Below, piece by piece: positions 1-10,994 of a stretch of DNA of 37,553 nucleotides. Origin of the DNA: Chiloscyllium plagiosum (taxonomy: Eukaryota). How positions within the stretch are numbered: the first letter of the stretch is position 1; every line of letters starts with the position of its first letter. Below the pieces are notes generated by a model, which was not told the origin of the DNA, made no database searches, and saw nothing but the letters and a program-made list of their open reading frames with translations. Both the position numbers and the translations under genes were made by a program. Location of the stretch: assembly GCF_004010195.1 (NCBI RefSeq), contig NC_057719.1, positions 45,807,959 through 45,845,511 on the forward strand. Reading direction: 5' to 3'.

Positions 1-62
1 CCCCCCTTTCTTCCACCTCCCCCTCCCCTCTTTCTTCCACCTCCCCCTCCCCCTTCCTCCCC
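1..62. repeat. Pyrimidine-rich tandem/low-complexity repeat
   Basis: Two copies of CTTTCTTCCACCTCCCCCTCCCC plus a partial unit; runs off the window start. Confidence 0.85.
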
Positions 63-1569
63 AATACTGCTACTAAAAAGTCAGTGGGATATAAAATGGC
101 TTTATACAAGCCTACTCTGTTTAACCTCTTGGTATCATTCTAGTCAATCTATCCTGCTGACTTCCAAGACCAATATATTGCTGCTTTGATGTGTTGCCCA
201 AAGTGGAAGTAGTATTCACAGACTGCAATGAATCACTTCCTCACTTGGGATTCTAACCCCACTGAGAGAACCAAACTTGCCTTTGCATCTTTACTATGTT
301 TTTGTTCCTGTATTCTTGCTTTTAGTATAAAGAAATACTTTAAATTCTTGGTGCTCCATATGGTCTGTCCAATTTGTCTTCCTCAGGTCAAAAGCAGGAT
401 TTAATTTTCACAATTGAATTTACCTCCTGTGCACATGGCCCCCAGACCAGCTAGCCTGTTGACCATCCAGCATCCTTTCCTGGCTCATGCTTTGTGTAAA
501 TAGTTCCCTCCACTCTACTAGTTTCTTCTATCCTTTCACCAAAAGTCAGACATCAGCTCTGTTCTCAAAACAGCTCACTCTGAACTCCGTCTGTCCTTTC
601 AAGCTGCTATGCTGCTTTTAGCCAATGTTTTCAAAGTTCAGGAATATATTGCCACAACTTACTTTGAATCTTGACTGTGGAATTTCTTCCCCTGGAAGCA
701 TGTAAATGACCCTAATTAATGTCACTAATCGCATGCTCATTCATTATAATCATGCTACATTATTTCTCTTGACCTCTATAATCTTTCATTCTGTTACCCT
801 ACCTCTGAACCTGTACTTTCTCATCAAGCTCAGTGGAACTGACCTCCATGTGTCTCATCACACAATCAGTGTTTGAGCTCATGGGCCATTCAGCTGCCAA
901 GCCTACACCGACTCATTTAATGAATATCATTATCTAATGGCAATCTTCTGATCTACTCCCATAACATTGTATTTTTTTAAATCAAACAATCATCCTCAAT
1001 TGAAAGCCATATCAGCCCTAAGTAGCCCCTCTATCAGCTACTCTGTATCCACTTTAGATACAAACTACTTCTGACCCCCTTTCCTTCTGCACATTATCTC
1101 CACATGAAGTTGAGTCTTGTGTACACTAGTCAAACAGTTCTTCTTCTTCTTCATGATATCATTGCCTCTATCTTGTCAAACTGTATGCCTTTCCTCCAGT
1201 CTTCCTCTATTTCTTTAACCTTATCCAGCCCAATAATCTGCACTGCTTCCCCCAGGCCTCCCCCCTTTGTCCACCATTTATAATTTATATCTCCAATTGC
1301 CTAGGCATCATGTGGAATTCCATCCTGGCACACATCCCCTTTTCTGTCTTTAAAACTGATTATCCTCTAAATGTTGTAAAGAACACAGCCATTGTCTCTG
1401 ACCCCTAATCTTAAACCCTGCAATCTTACTGTTGACTCTATCCCCTTTCCCAAACATTACCACAGGCAATGACGTCCAAACTGGCCGTGAGTCAATTTTG
1501 CAATTCCATTTTTCCAAAAACAGCTTTACCTGCTTCAGACCAACAGTTGCTTAAATATTACCCATGGTT

Positions 1570-1800
1570 CTGTTATCCTCTCAATATGGCAACATTGTCC
1601 TGCCAAGGCTGCCATTCTCTCTTACTTTAAACTTCAACTCGTCCAAGAACTACTGCATGTATCCTATATCTTACCAAGTTCCATGTATTAAAGACTCCAT
1701 CCTCACTTTTAAGCATTCGTTTTTGGTCCTCCAAAGGTTCATATTAAAATGTTCGTAATTCAATTCCTCCATGGCATTCTCATCATTCTTGGGAGCTTCT
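1570..1800 (+). mobile_element. Highly decayed L2-type LINE ORF2 C-terminal fragment
   Basis: Frameshifted peptides YGNIVLPRLP / KLQLVQ / QRF / FLHG resemble the L2 motifs LDY.N.LL.GLP, LQLVQN.AAR and FK.LHG. Confidence 0.4.
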
Positions 1801-2369
1801 TTAAGCTGGCCCCCCTCAACTTCACAAGCCCTCTGTCTCCAACCACAGCTCTCCTGATTTCTTACACCCGTAGGATCCTGGCCAACACCCCTCTCCGTCT
1901 GCCAGACCCAGCAGTCTATATTCGAACAGCAGAACCTACCAAACCTCCAGAACCCTTGTACCCACCAAGGAACTGACTTTTCCCCTTTGCAGGCTAGACC
2001 ACATACCTACCCTCACCTGACCTAGATCATGGTCACTTGCCTGTCACTCTAGTGACCTACCCATTTGCTTGCCTTATCTTACACTTAGCTTTTTACAAGA
2101 GCTGTCAAAGTAGCTGTCAGTGCTACTGGCTGTTGAAAACGGAGAATATAGCTACTATTGTGGTGAAAAAGTGACTGTGGTTTGCCTTGCCCTAACTATA
2201 TTGTACACAATGTGCATAGTTACGTTGAAGGTACACTCTCCATTTCTGCAGGATCTGTGATCAGAATCTACTACCAGAAATGCAGCACTCTTAACATAAA
2301 AGTAGGAATGAGATGGCAGTCTGACTATGATTGCGATGCCTTGGAAAATCTTGCCTATCACTAACTGAT

Positions 2370-3270
2370 GAGAGATTGCAGAGCTCTGACATGCAGAGCC
2401 ATCTGGATGTTATAATGCATGAATTGGGAGAGGTTAGTACGGAGGTACACCAAATAATTGAGGAAGCTCATGAGGGGAATTAAATACTAAAGTATGGAGG
2501 TCATGCTTCAATTATACAAGACACTGTTGAGACCACATCAGGACTTTTGTGTATTATTCTTTTTTTTAAGGAATTATGTAAATGTATTGTTTACAGTCTA
2601 GTAAGGCTTGTCTGAACTTTACTTGCAAGGCAAGAGTATCCTGTGAACACCTCTAGGTGGTGCAAATATGTAGAAAACTGACATCTTCACAAGTGATGGG
2701 AGCAGCCGCCTAGGTGTGAAAATGAAGTAATCTGCACAACAGAATAAAACTATTTATTTTGTTTTTTTTCCAACCGCTGCATCCTCTTACTTCCCCTGTA
2801 GACTCCCAATCTTTCTGCAATGTCCTGATTAATAGCAGGCAAAAATACAGCTCCCACTGCAAATTGTTTTCCACATTGTGACTGACCCAAGCTCCTATTT
2901 AGCTGATCCCATGGGTCGTATTTGCATGTTTAGCAGCCATGTTGCCTTAAAGATAATCTCTCCATGCCTCAAATGGACAGGCTGTCTTACGAGTAACGGT
3001 TGCACTGGCTAAGATTGTATCTGCTGGAAATTCGAAGAGTAAGAGGCAGCCTGATTAAAACCTACAAGTCCCTGAAGGGCCTTGACAGGTAGCTATGGAA
3101 TGAATGATTCATCTAATCAGAATGTAAAATTAGTTGTCACTGCTTTTGAAAAAAAGTGATTGCCCACTTAAGAAAAAGATGAGGACAATTTTATTTTTGA
3201 CAGTCATGAATATTTGAATCTCTTTGTCAAAAGGCAATGGGCACAGATCTTTGAATATTTTTGAGGCACT
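2370..3270 (+). mobile_element. Old CR1-type LINE 3' fragment, split by unrelated sequence at about 2620-2960
   Basis: gaggtcatgcttcaattatacaagacactgttgagaccacat (EVMLQLYKTLLRPH) and agagtaagaggcagcctgattaaaacctacaag (RVRGSLIKTYK) match CR1 ORF2 motifs also present at about 22100-22350. Confidence 0.75.
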
Positions 3271-3630
3271 TTCAGCTTAGTGATCATATCTTTCTTTTGC
3301 TCCTCAAAGTGTATAATAATGTCAACTTTCTTGTGTCCTTGAATTTTTGATTTGTTAATCCAGTTAGTTATGTTTGTTTAGGCCAACACTTTAGGAATTT
3401 ACCTATTACATATATTCAATGTTAGTCCACTTCTTTACAAAAACAAACTTCTGAATTTGATCTTCGTTAATGTTGTATATTTAAGGTCTTCTGTATATCT
3501 GAATCTCACATCATGTGGAATTTCATCATTCACTCAATGCCACACCTATAAGATTTCCATGTCCCGTCTCTCTGATCTTGTTACTAATAGCATGAAGAGA
3601 AGATAAACTTGCTGCCCAGGTTCATGAAGT

Positions 3631-3793
3631 TAAAAATCACACAACACCAGGTTATAGTCCAGCAGGTTTAATTGGAAGCACACTAGCTTTCGGAGCGACG
3701 CTCCTTCATCAGGTGATTGTCAATATATAACCTGGTGTTGTGATTTTTTTTTTTATCTTTGTACACCCCAGTCCAACACCGGCATTTCCAAAT
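3631..3793. mobile_element. Short Penelope-derived insertion with inverted arms and a 14-bp target-site duplication
   Basis: Inverted arms AAAAATCACACAACACCAGGTTATA (3632-3656) and TATAACCTGGTGTTGTGATTTTT (3726-3748). Flanks are CAGGTTCATGAAGT (3617-3630) and CAGGTTCAAGAAGT (3794-3807). Carries a hammerhead motif. Confidence 0.8.
3681..3715 (-). ncRNA. Minimal type I hammerhead ribozyme motif (Penelope type)
   Basis: Minus strand reads CAC CUGAUGA A GGAGC-GUC-GCUCC GAA AGCU A GUG: full catalytic core, 5-bp stem II, palindromic AGCU in place of stem III, and a CAC/GUG stem I. Confidence 0.75.
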
Positions 3794-4269
3794 CAGGTTC
3801 AAGAAGTAATTGAGCAATACCATTAGTAACTCTGACTCTCAACCACTTCAATTTCCTTCGTTCACAATTTGGTCAATTTGAAAACCTGCCTTAAAATACT
3901 TCCTGTCTCTTCTACCATTTCTCTTTGCAGAGAAAATTTTTATATTGACTTGAAAATCTGTAGGGTACCTGGATCAAAGCTTGGAAGCTGTCTAAACAGT
4001 TGTTTCTTTGTGTTAGAGGGGTATGCAATGAATCCATTTTATTAAACTCTTTTTTTATTTTGTTCACTGTTATTTCTGGAAAATATACCTTTTTAGAATG
4101 TTAATTGTTTCCAATCTCTGGATTTAATCACATGTTGGTTATGCATACTACATCATAGTACCCACACATGGAATGCTACCACAGTTTCTAATTTTTAATC
4201 TTTTTTTTTCTAATTCTGCTAGCATTCATGTGTATTTAGACAATTGAATAATAAAGATGTTGATATATT

Positions 4270-5462
4270 CACATAAACAGCCTGGGTCATGTACTGACTC
4301 CCAGCTTAGGTGATGTCACAGCCACTCAGCTCCTTCACTGTAACTGTGGTTCAAACATGGACAAAAGAGCTGAACTGGTGAGGTGATAGTGACAGCCTTG
4401 ATATTGGTTAAGACCTAGCAAAACTGGAGTCCGCAGCAATCGGGAGGAAAATTGTCCATTGATTGGAGTCCTAGGTGGCACAAAGGAAGATGTGTATGAT
4501 TGTTGGAGGTCAGTCATCTCAGCTCCAAGACAACTCTGCAGACTTCAAGATGGGGTTCTTGGCCCAGCTATCTTCAGCTACCTCATCAAAACCTTCCCTC
4601 CATCATAAGGTCACAAGTTCACTGTGCGCGATGTTCAGCCCCACTGACAATTTCTCAGATATTGAAGCAATCCATGACAAATTCGGCAAAACCTGGACAA
4701 CATCCAGCTTGAACTGATAAGTGCCAAGTGACATTTGTACAACTCCAGTGCCAGACAATAACCAACTCTGATCAAAGAGAGTCTAACCTTCACCCCTTGA
4801 CATTTAATGGCAAGCATAAAATCTCACACTCAGTATCCTAGGTGGGGTTACCATTGACCAGAACTTGAACTGAACCAACCATATAAATACTCCTGGCTAC
4901 AAAAGCTATGTAGAGATTAAGAATTAAGCAGCATGTAACTGCAGTGCATTCCTGACTTTCCAAAGCCTGTCCACCATGTACAAATCAGAAGTCCGATGCA
5001 AGTCTCCCTACATGCAGTTCCAGCACATTCAAAGCTTGTCACCATCCATGGCAAAGTAGCCCACTTGATTGCCCCATATCCACAAACATTTGCTCCTTTC
5101 ATCAACAAACAGTGCAGTACTGTGTGCCATGGGCAAGATAACCTGCAGAAATGCTTCCAAGGGTCCTTAGCATCATCCAAACCCATGACCACCACAACCT
5201 TAAGTCAAGGATGGTAGATACTTGGTAACACCACTACCTGCAAGCTCCCCTCCCAATGCTTTCACCATCTTGCCTTGAAATATATTGGTGTTTGTTTGCT
5301 GTCAAATCCTGGAACACAATCTGTAAGAACATTGTGGATGTTACTTGCACCAAGTGTTTTGCAGCGGTTGATAAAGACAGCTCACTAACACCTTCTTGAG
5401 GGCAGTTAGGAATGGGCAATCAATACTGGCCAGACCAGTGCTGTCCTCATCCCTAAATGAAG
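4270..5462 (+). mobile_element. Decayed CR1/L2-group LINE, 3' part of RT and 3' end
   Basis: Remnants VLGPAIFS / NLPSIIRS / QNLDNIQ of the RT domain. The 3' end gggcagttaggaatgggcaatcaatactggccagaccagtg is shared with the element at 18110 and the SINE at 30255. Confidence 0.8.
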
Positions 5463-5559
5463 TTTTTATGAAAGAAAAACTTTCGAAATATTACTAACTA
5501 TCAATACTTTTAATAAAAACACATTTTTGATTTCTTCAAGACTTCAAGAAGACCTGCCT

Positions 5560-5950
5560 TTATATGCTGTTCAGAACCATCCGATATCTCGGCAATTTAC
5601 AACCAGCAAAATTACTGTTGAAGTGTAGTCACTCTTGTTGGCATCATGGCTGTCAAATTGTGATAGCACAGTAAGCTCTCACTAATGATACTGTGGTAAT
5701 GATCAGGTTATTTCTTTTGTGACATTGAGGGATAAATATTAGGACATCAGGGCCAATTCTCCTGCTTACCATCAAAATGGGGCATAGCATCTCTCTCATC
5801 TGTGTGAGAAGGCAGATGAGACCTCTGTTTAACAACTTGTCTGAAAGGTAGAACTTTTGACAGTGCAGCACTCCTTTATTTCTGCACTGGAGTGTGAAAT
5901 GCAATGTTTAAGTTGGTTTCTTTGGAGTAGGATTCAAACCTAGTGGTAAG
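5560..5950 (-). mobile_element. Deu-domain SINE (SacSINE1/AmnSINE1-like)
   Basis: ctctgtttaacaacttgtctgaaaggtagaacttttgacagtgcagcactcctttatttctgcactggagtgt matches the reverse complement of the recalled Deu core. A B-box-like remnant (ggattcaaacc) lies at about 5930. Confidence 0.7.
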
Positions 5951-6379
5951 AATCCAGGTGATCTATACCTGACATCAGTTATTTGGTCATTGTAATCTAT
6001 GCATTTCTAATATTTAAAGTTGTATGCCACTGTCTCCAGCCAAAGCCTTCCCTATCTAAAGAACAATTAAGAACAGCTGTGACCAGTTGTCCTCTGACAT
6101 AATCTCTAGTTGAGGTGTAAGGAGTTCGGGAATTTCTTCAGCAAGATCAGGCCTGAGCAGCACTCTTGTTCCCATTTCTCTCCATTCCTGAACCCTGACC
6201 CATCCAAGCTCAACTCATTAACTCATTTCCTGGTTTTCTGCCTCTGCTTTCCTTTCCACTCTACCTCCCAACTAGCTGGCATTGTTAATCCTTCCATAGC
6301 ACCTTGGGAAAATTACAGAACAGTGAGAGGCTATTCAGCCCAGTGTGTCTGCATCAGCTGAATAAGCAGCCACCCATTT

Positions 6380-6401
6380 CCCCCCCCCCCCCCCCCCCCC
6401 C
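6380..6401. repeat. Poly(C) tract, 22 nt
   Basis: Direct observation. Confidence 0.95.
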
Positions 6402-7365
6402 AGTTTCCAGCACCTGATCTGTAACCTTACAGGTTAAAGTGCTTGGGGCACACATCAAGTTCCTCTTAAATGAGTTGAAATTTCCCATTTCAACTACCAA
6501 GCTGACACCCTCTGGGTAAAGAGAAAAAGTTTTTCCTTTTTGTCCACTTCTACCAATAAGCTAATATCTGTTCCCCTAGCATGATGGGTCATTTATCAAG
6601 GGCAAGGTCTTCCTGGTCAACTCTATCCAAGCCCTTCATTATTTTGCACATCTTAAGAGTAATTCATCCCTCAGCCTCCTTGGTTCTAAGGAAAACAATC
6701 CTAGCCTGCTCAATCTTTCTTCAGAGCTTCAAAGTTTAGGCACTGGCGATATTCTATTAAATCTCTTCTATAATCTCTTGAGCAGTTATGTACTTTCTGT
6801 AACGTGGTGGCCAGAACTCTGTATACCACTCCAGCTGTGACCTAACCAACACTTTTGTACAGTTCCAGCATTACATTCCTGCTCTAATATTCAAGGCCTC
6901 ATCCAATGAACGAAAGCATCCCATTTGCCTCCTTTACTTCCTTTTATCTACCTGTCTTGCCATATGCAGGGGCACATAGACATATGCAGCATTTGGTGCA
7001 TATGCACATAGACATATGCAGCATTTCAATTTCTCCATCCTTTTTAATTCCCTTCTCTTTATTGTGTATTCTCTTTCCCAAATACCCTCCCCTATTGCAT
7101 AACCCCACCCTTCCTCAGATTAAATTCCATTTTCCACTTTCCTGCCCACTCAACCAAACCATTGGTACCTTCCAGCCGTCATTTTTTTACCACATACCCA
7201 CTGTTTGTCATTTGCAAATTTCCCAATTGTGCCTCCTGCATTTAAGTCTAACATGTTGAGGTACATAAAACTGGACCCTGTGCAATACAAATGAAAATGG
7301 TTTCCACTTAAAGATCCACCATCCATTACCTGTCACTGAGCCAGTTTTTGACCAACTTGCCACTT

Positions 7366-7678
7366 GGGGGTGGAACAGTGGCTCTGTGGTTAGCACTGCT
7401 GCCTCACAGCACCAGAGATCCAGGTTTGAATCCAGCCTCAGGTGACTATGCAAACTCCACGCAGACATTCTCCCATGTCAGTGTAGGTTTCCTCCAAGTG
7501 CTCCAGTTTTCTCCCACAGTCCAACGATGTACAGCCTAGGTGGAATGGCCATGGAAAATACAGGGGTACAGGGACAGGGTGGGCAGAGGGGGACAGTGAG
7601 TCTGGGTGGGATGTCCTTCGGAGAGTCAGTGTGGACTCTATTGGCCAAATGGCCTACTCCCACACTTTAGGGATTCTC
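7366..7678 (+). mobile_element. HE1-like tRNA-derived V-SINE
   Basis: Head gtggctctgtggttagcactgctgcctcacagc with B box ggtttgaatcc, V-domain ggtttcctccaagtgctccagttttctcccacagtccaa, and tail ggccaaatggcctactcccacactttagggattct. Confidence 0.9.
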
Positions 7679-8063
7679 CGTACCTTGGACTTACAATTTT
7701 TCTTAATTGTCTGCCTTGTGGGGTCATTTAAAATGTCTTACTAAAATCCACTGGAGTGATATCTACTGCACTGCCCTCCCAATCCTCCTAAATTCCTCAG
7801 TTCAAATCAGTAAATATGGTCTTCCTTAATGAAACCACCATGACTATTCCTGATTAATCTGTACCTCTCTAAGTAACAGTTAATGTTATCTCTCAGTATT
7901 GATTCTTCCACTCCAAACTGTTGGTTCTTTCTCTTAACACTTTATCTAAAGGGAAATTTGTGTTAGCTAGTACACCCTCTCATTCTTTTTTGAGGTAGAT
8001 ATCTATGTATTTCTAACTATTTGTTTGCTGGCTTTTCTTTCAATATCATGTATGTCTTTGCAG

Positions 8064-8113
8064 GTTATTTTTAAGGCCAAAGCCAAATATTCTCCAGAAC
8101 TTAATAAATACAA
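8064..8113 (+). CDS. gpr137c: GPR137C-like protein, internal coding exon (probably exon 2; 50 nt)
   Basis: ctttgcag|GTT...TACAA|gtgagt. Reads VIFKAKAKYSPELNKY(K), close to the recalled GPR137B segment VIFKAKSKYSPELLKY. The phase-2 end joins the next exon as AA+G = Lys. Confidence 0.9.
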
Positions 8114-8415
8114 GTGAGTACCAAGCACACACCTTCTGTTTTTGTTGCTGGAGTAACCAAAAGAAACAAACTTGTTTTGAAAGATATTTTCATCACACTT
8201 TGGAAAAACTTAATTGCTTAAAACTTTAATTTAGTTTCAACTGTAGCTAAATATGCACAAAATAGTATGTATGGGGGTTCTGTTCTCTGCATATTGAAGC
8301 AACTTGCTCCAGTATTTTCAATTGAGGTACAAATGTATGATAATTACCAAAAAATTCTTTTAATTACGTTCCCTTGTAATCTCATTTACTGAGTAGAGTT
8401 TCTGAAATAAAATCT

Positions 8416-9166
8416 TATGGGGCAGATTTTGCACAGGCTACAGACAGTCAGTCATTATATGACCATAGATGGGATTGCATATGGCGACCCTGTGCAATCC
8501 CCATTAGTAGCGCACACCGAAGGAATTGCCCTGGAAATTGAATTTTGTCTCGATTTAAAAATTGGAGTCTTGGAATGATACCAATGAAATTAAGCAAAAT
8601 AATTACATTGGGAAAAGCTGAAGGGCTTATGCCCGAAACATTGATTCTCCAGCTCCTTGGATGCTGCCTGACCTGTGCTTTTCCAGCACCACATTCTTGA
8701 CTCTGATCTCCACCATCTGCAGTCCTCACTTTCTCCCACTGGGAAAAGTTAGCCAATTAAAAAGTCTAATAGCTGAGTAACTATGAAACAGACCCCATAC
8801 TGACCTCACTCACAACATGCATACATTATATATCCATCTGGCACCCAACCCTGCCCAACACCCTAATATTGCACCTCCCTTATGCATTCCCCCTCTGACA
8901 TCAGCTGGCAAACTTACTGCTTGGATATTTTAATTTTCAGATTGTGGGAGCAGAATGCTGTGAAAAGTGGGTTTGGTTTGCCATACTCTGACTGCTCTAT
9001 GTTACTAAAGAGCAGCCAGAATTTAATTAAACCTACACGTTTAATTCCTGAGGGAGCCCTGAGCACTTTTCCTTTCGGAAATGTGGAGTTCCCTTCTTCC
9101 ATTAGCAAAAGGCCCAGAATGGCAATCTCACAGAGATTACCATTTCCTGGAAAATCTGTCCCCATA
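8416..9166. mobile_element. Putative non-autonomous DNA transposon (TIR element)
   Basis: TATGGGGCAGATTTT (8416-8430) and AAAATCTGTCCCCATA (9151-9166) are inverted repeats with one indel; no transposase is visible. Confidence 0.55.
8618..8736 (+). mobile_element. 5'-truncated Penelope terminal-repeat fragment with a 12-bp target-site duplication
   Basis: Same sequence as the right arms of the elements at 29340 and 32343. Flanks are CATTGGGAAAAG (8606-8617) and CACTGGGAAAAG (8737-8748). Confidence 0.8.
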
Positions 9167-9270
9167 AAGCAACATTGTGATTAATGCAAATTGTTTATTG
9201 AATCTCACTTAAGCTACAGATGTAAGTATAATAAGCACTTTCTAACTAATTACCTTTGTAATATTTTCAG

Positions 9271-9499
9271 GATACCGTTACGACTAGGATTCTTATTTGC
9301 TAGCATTCTGTTTCTGGTGGTGAACTTCACATGTGCAGTGCTTGTCCAAGGAAATGTGCCAGAAAGCCAGTTGAAATGGACTGTTTTTGCTCGAGTACTC
9401 ATCAATGACAGCCTCTTTGTACTTTGTGCCATTTCATTGGCTGTGTGCATCTTCAAAATTGCAAAAATGTCATCTGCGAATGTGTATCTCGAGTCCAAG
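9271..9499 (+). CDS. gpr137c: GPR137C-like protein, coding exon (229 nt, transmembrane segments)
   Basis: attttcag|G...TCCAAG|gtaaaa. Reads [76 protein letters not shown]. The segments VPE.QLKWTVF.R.LINDSLF and [12 protein letters not shown] match recalled GPR137C. Confidence 0.95.
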
Positions 9500-9979
9500 G
9501 TAAAAATGATTGCTTGCATTTACCAAAATATAAATGAAAGACCTGGATTTATTAATTTTTGAGTAAAGTACTTAGCCTCTAATTTGTCTGCCCTTAAGTG
9601 AAATTGAAACTTGTATTTTTTTTGAAAGATTGCTGTTACTTTGAAAAAATGCCAAAAGGTGGTTTTCTTGCATCTTTCAGCATTATTTTGAAGTTTAATG
9701 CTCTTTTTTTAGTGATGATCATTCTCAAGATCAATAAAGTAGCAAACCATTGAATCCAGTTTGCTATTATTCAGGCTGTGGGTTTTAACAAGTAAGGCTT
9801 TAATGGCTGAGTTGGAGTGAAAATATTGCCCAGAGTCACCTGATTGTGAACCCATGCAATGAGCAGGTGAAACAGCCGCCTCATGAGTAAAGCAAGGCAC
9901 TGATTTGATATCACAAGTGAACATGTCAGTCTTTATCCTCATTAGAGCAAAAAATATTGTAATGGCTAAGAACAAAAAA

Positions 9980-10175
9980 AAAACAAAGAACTATGGGTGC
10001 TGGAAATCTGAAACAAAACAGAAAATCCTGGAAAAACTCTGCATTCTGTAGAGAATGCAGAGTTAACAATTTCAGATCCAGTTATGACGAAGGGTCACTG
10101 GACCAGAAATGCTAACTCTGCTTTCGCTGCACAAATGCCACCAAACCTGCTGAGTTTCCCCCGCAACTTCCATTG
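9980..10175. mobile_element. Decayed palindromic Penelope-derived element
   Basis: Left arm gctggaaatctgaaacaaaacagaaa matches the terminal repeat of the Penelope remnant at about 11008. The right arm is its imperfect inverse and holds a mutated hammerhead motif at 10080-10117. Confidence 0.7.
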
Positions 10176-10328
10176 TAGTGAGTCCTTATTTTGGTGCTTA
10201 ATGCTATACCAATATGTTTTGCGTATCAAGTGTCAATCTTACTTTGCCTTAACTGTAATAGTATGAGTTTAGTTGTGTTTCAACTTTATTCACCATAATT
10301 ATATAATGTGTGTATACTTTCCTTTCAG

Positions 10329-10478
10329 GGAACTTCTGTTTGTCAGGCTACTCTTGTGGGTGCTGCAGTGATCCTGCTTTATATATCAAGGGCTTCCTAT
10401 AACCTGGTTGTGGTTTTCATGGCTCCAGAAGATAGACCCAGTTCATTCAACTATGGCTGGTACAATGTGTCTGATCAG
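10329..10478 (+). CDS. gpr137c: GPR137C-like protein, coding exon (150 nt)
   Basis: cctttcag|GGA...GATCAG|gtagtt. Reads GTSVCQATLVGAAVILLYISRASYNLVVVFMAPEDRPSSFNYGWYNVSDQ; phase 0/0. Confidence 0.95.
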
Positions 10479-10794
10479 GTAGTTGTATATACATTTACAA
10501 AGGTATTTCTTTTTTAATCAGAACTACCAGAATTTTCATTTGCTGATAGGTAAAGCTGGATAATTATGGGACACATTGTATGTAAAAAGCTTCTACGCAG
10601 CTGAAAATGCAAAATGTACACCACCAATGAATAATTAAAATTGAAAATTCTTAGAGTTCATTAGAAATATGCTATGCCAACGCACTTGTCATCCGTTTAG
10701 TGTTCAATTCAAACCATTAGTCACAGCTAATCTAATATTTGGCAAATGCACAAAAGAATGTTACAATGCAAGGTATGCTGAATTTGGATTATGT

Positions 10795-10837
10795 ATTAGA
10801 TTAGATTAGATTACATTACAGTATGGAAACAGGCCCT
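10795..10837 (-). mobile_element. Very short CR1-type LINE 3' terminus with microsatellite tail
   Basis: (ATTAG)n followed by acagtatggaaacaggccct, the reverse complement of a CR1 3' end. Confidence 0.6.
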
Positions 10838-10994
10838 CATACTGCAGGCTATTTCCAAACTACTTTAATATATCTGGTCAGATTCAGTATGTGGATTCAA
10901 TTTTTTTGGTTTAATTTTAATGAAATGTGCTATGATATAATTTACTGAGTTATTATTTATGTAATGTCAGCTGATATCTTAAGAAATTAAAAAT

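Larger units (their letters stand above)
6310..7900 (-). mobile_element. Old CR1-type LINE fragment, interrupted by an HE1-like SINE
   Basis: 3' end gaggctattcagccc near 6327, followed by reverse-complement CR1 ORF2 motifs (ccctcagcctccttggttctaaggaaaacaatcctagcct, gtggccagaactctg, cattgtcatttgcaaattt-like ADD region, ttactaaaatcca). Confidence 0.7.

Noticed and set aside
7370..7440. tRNA genes here and at about 14345-14410
   Set aside because: These are tRNA-derived SINE heads that continue into V-domain and LINE-like tails, with no complete cloverleaf.
1..8063. First coding exon or promoter of gpr137c
   Set aside because: No segment encoding the N-terminal transmembrane helices (for example ...CLQFFTL.LMNLYF.Q) and no CpG island is visible; the region looks like repeat-filled intron.
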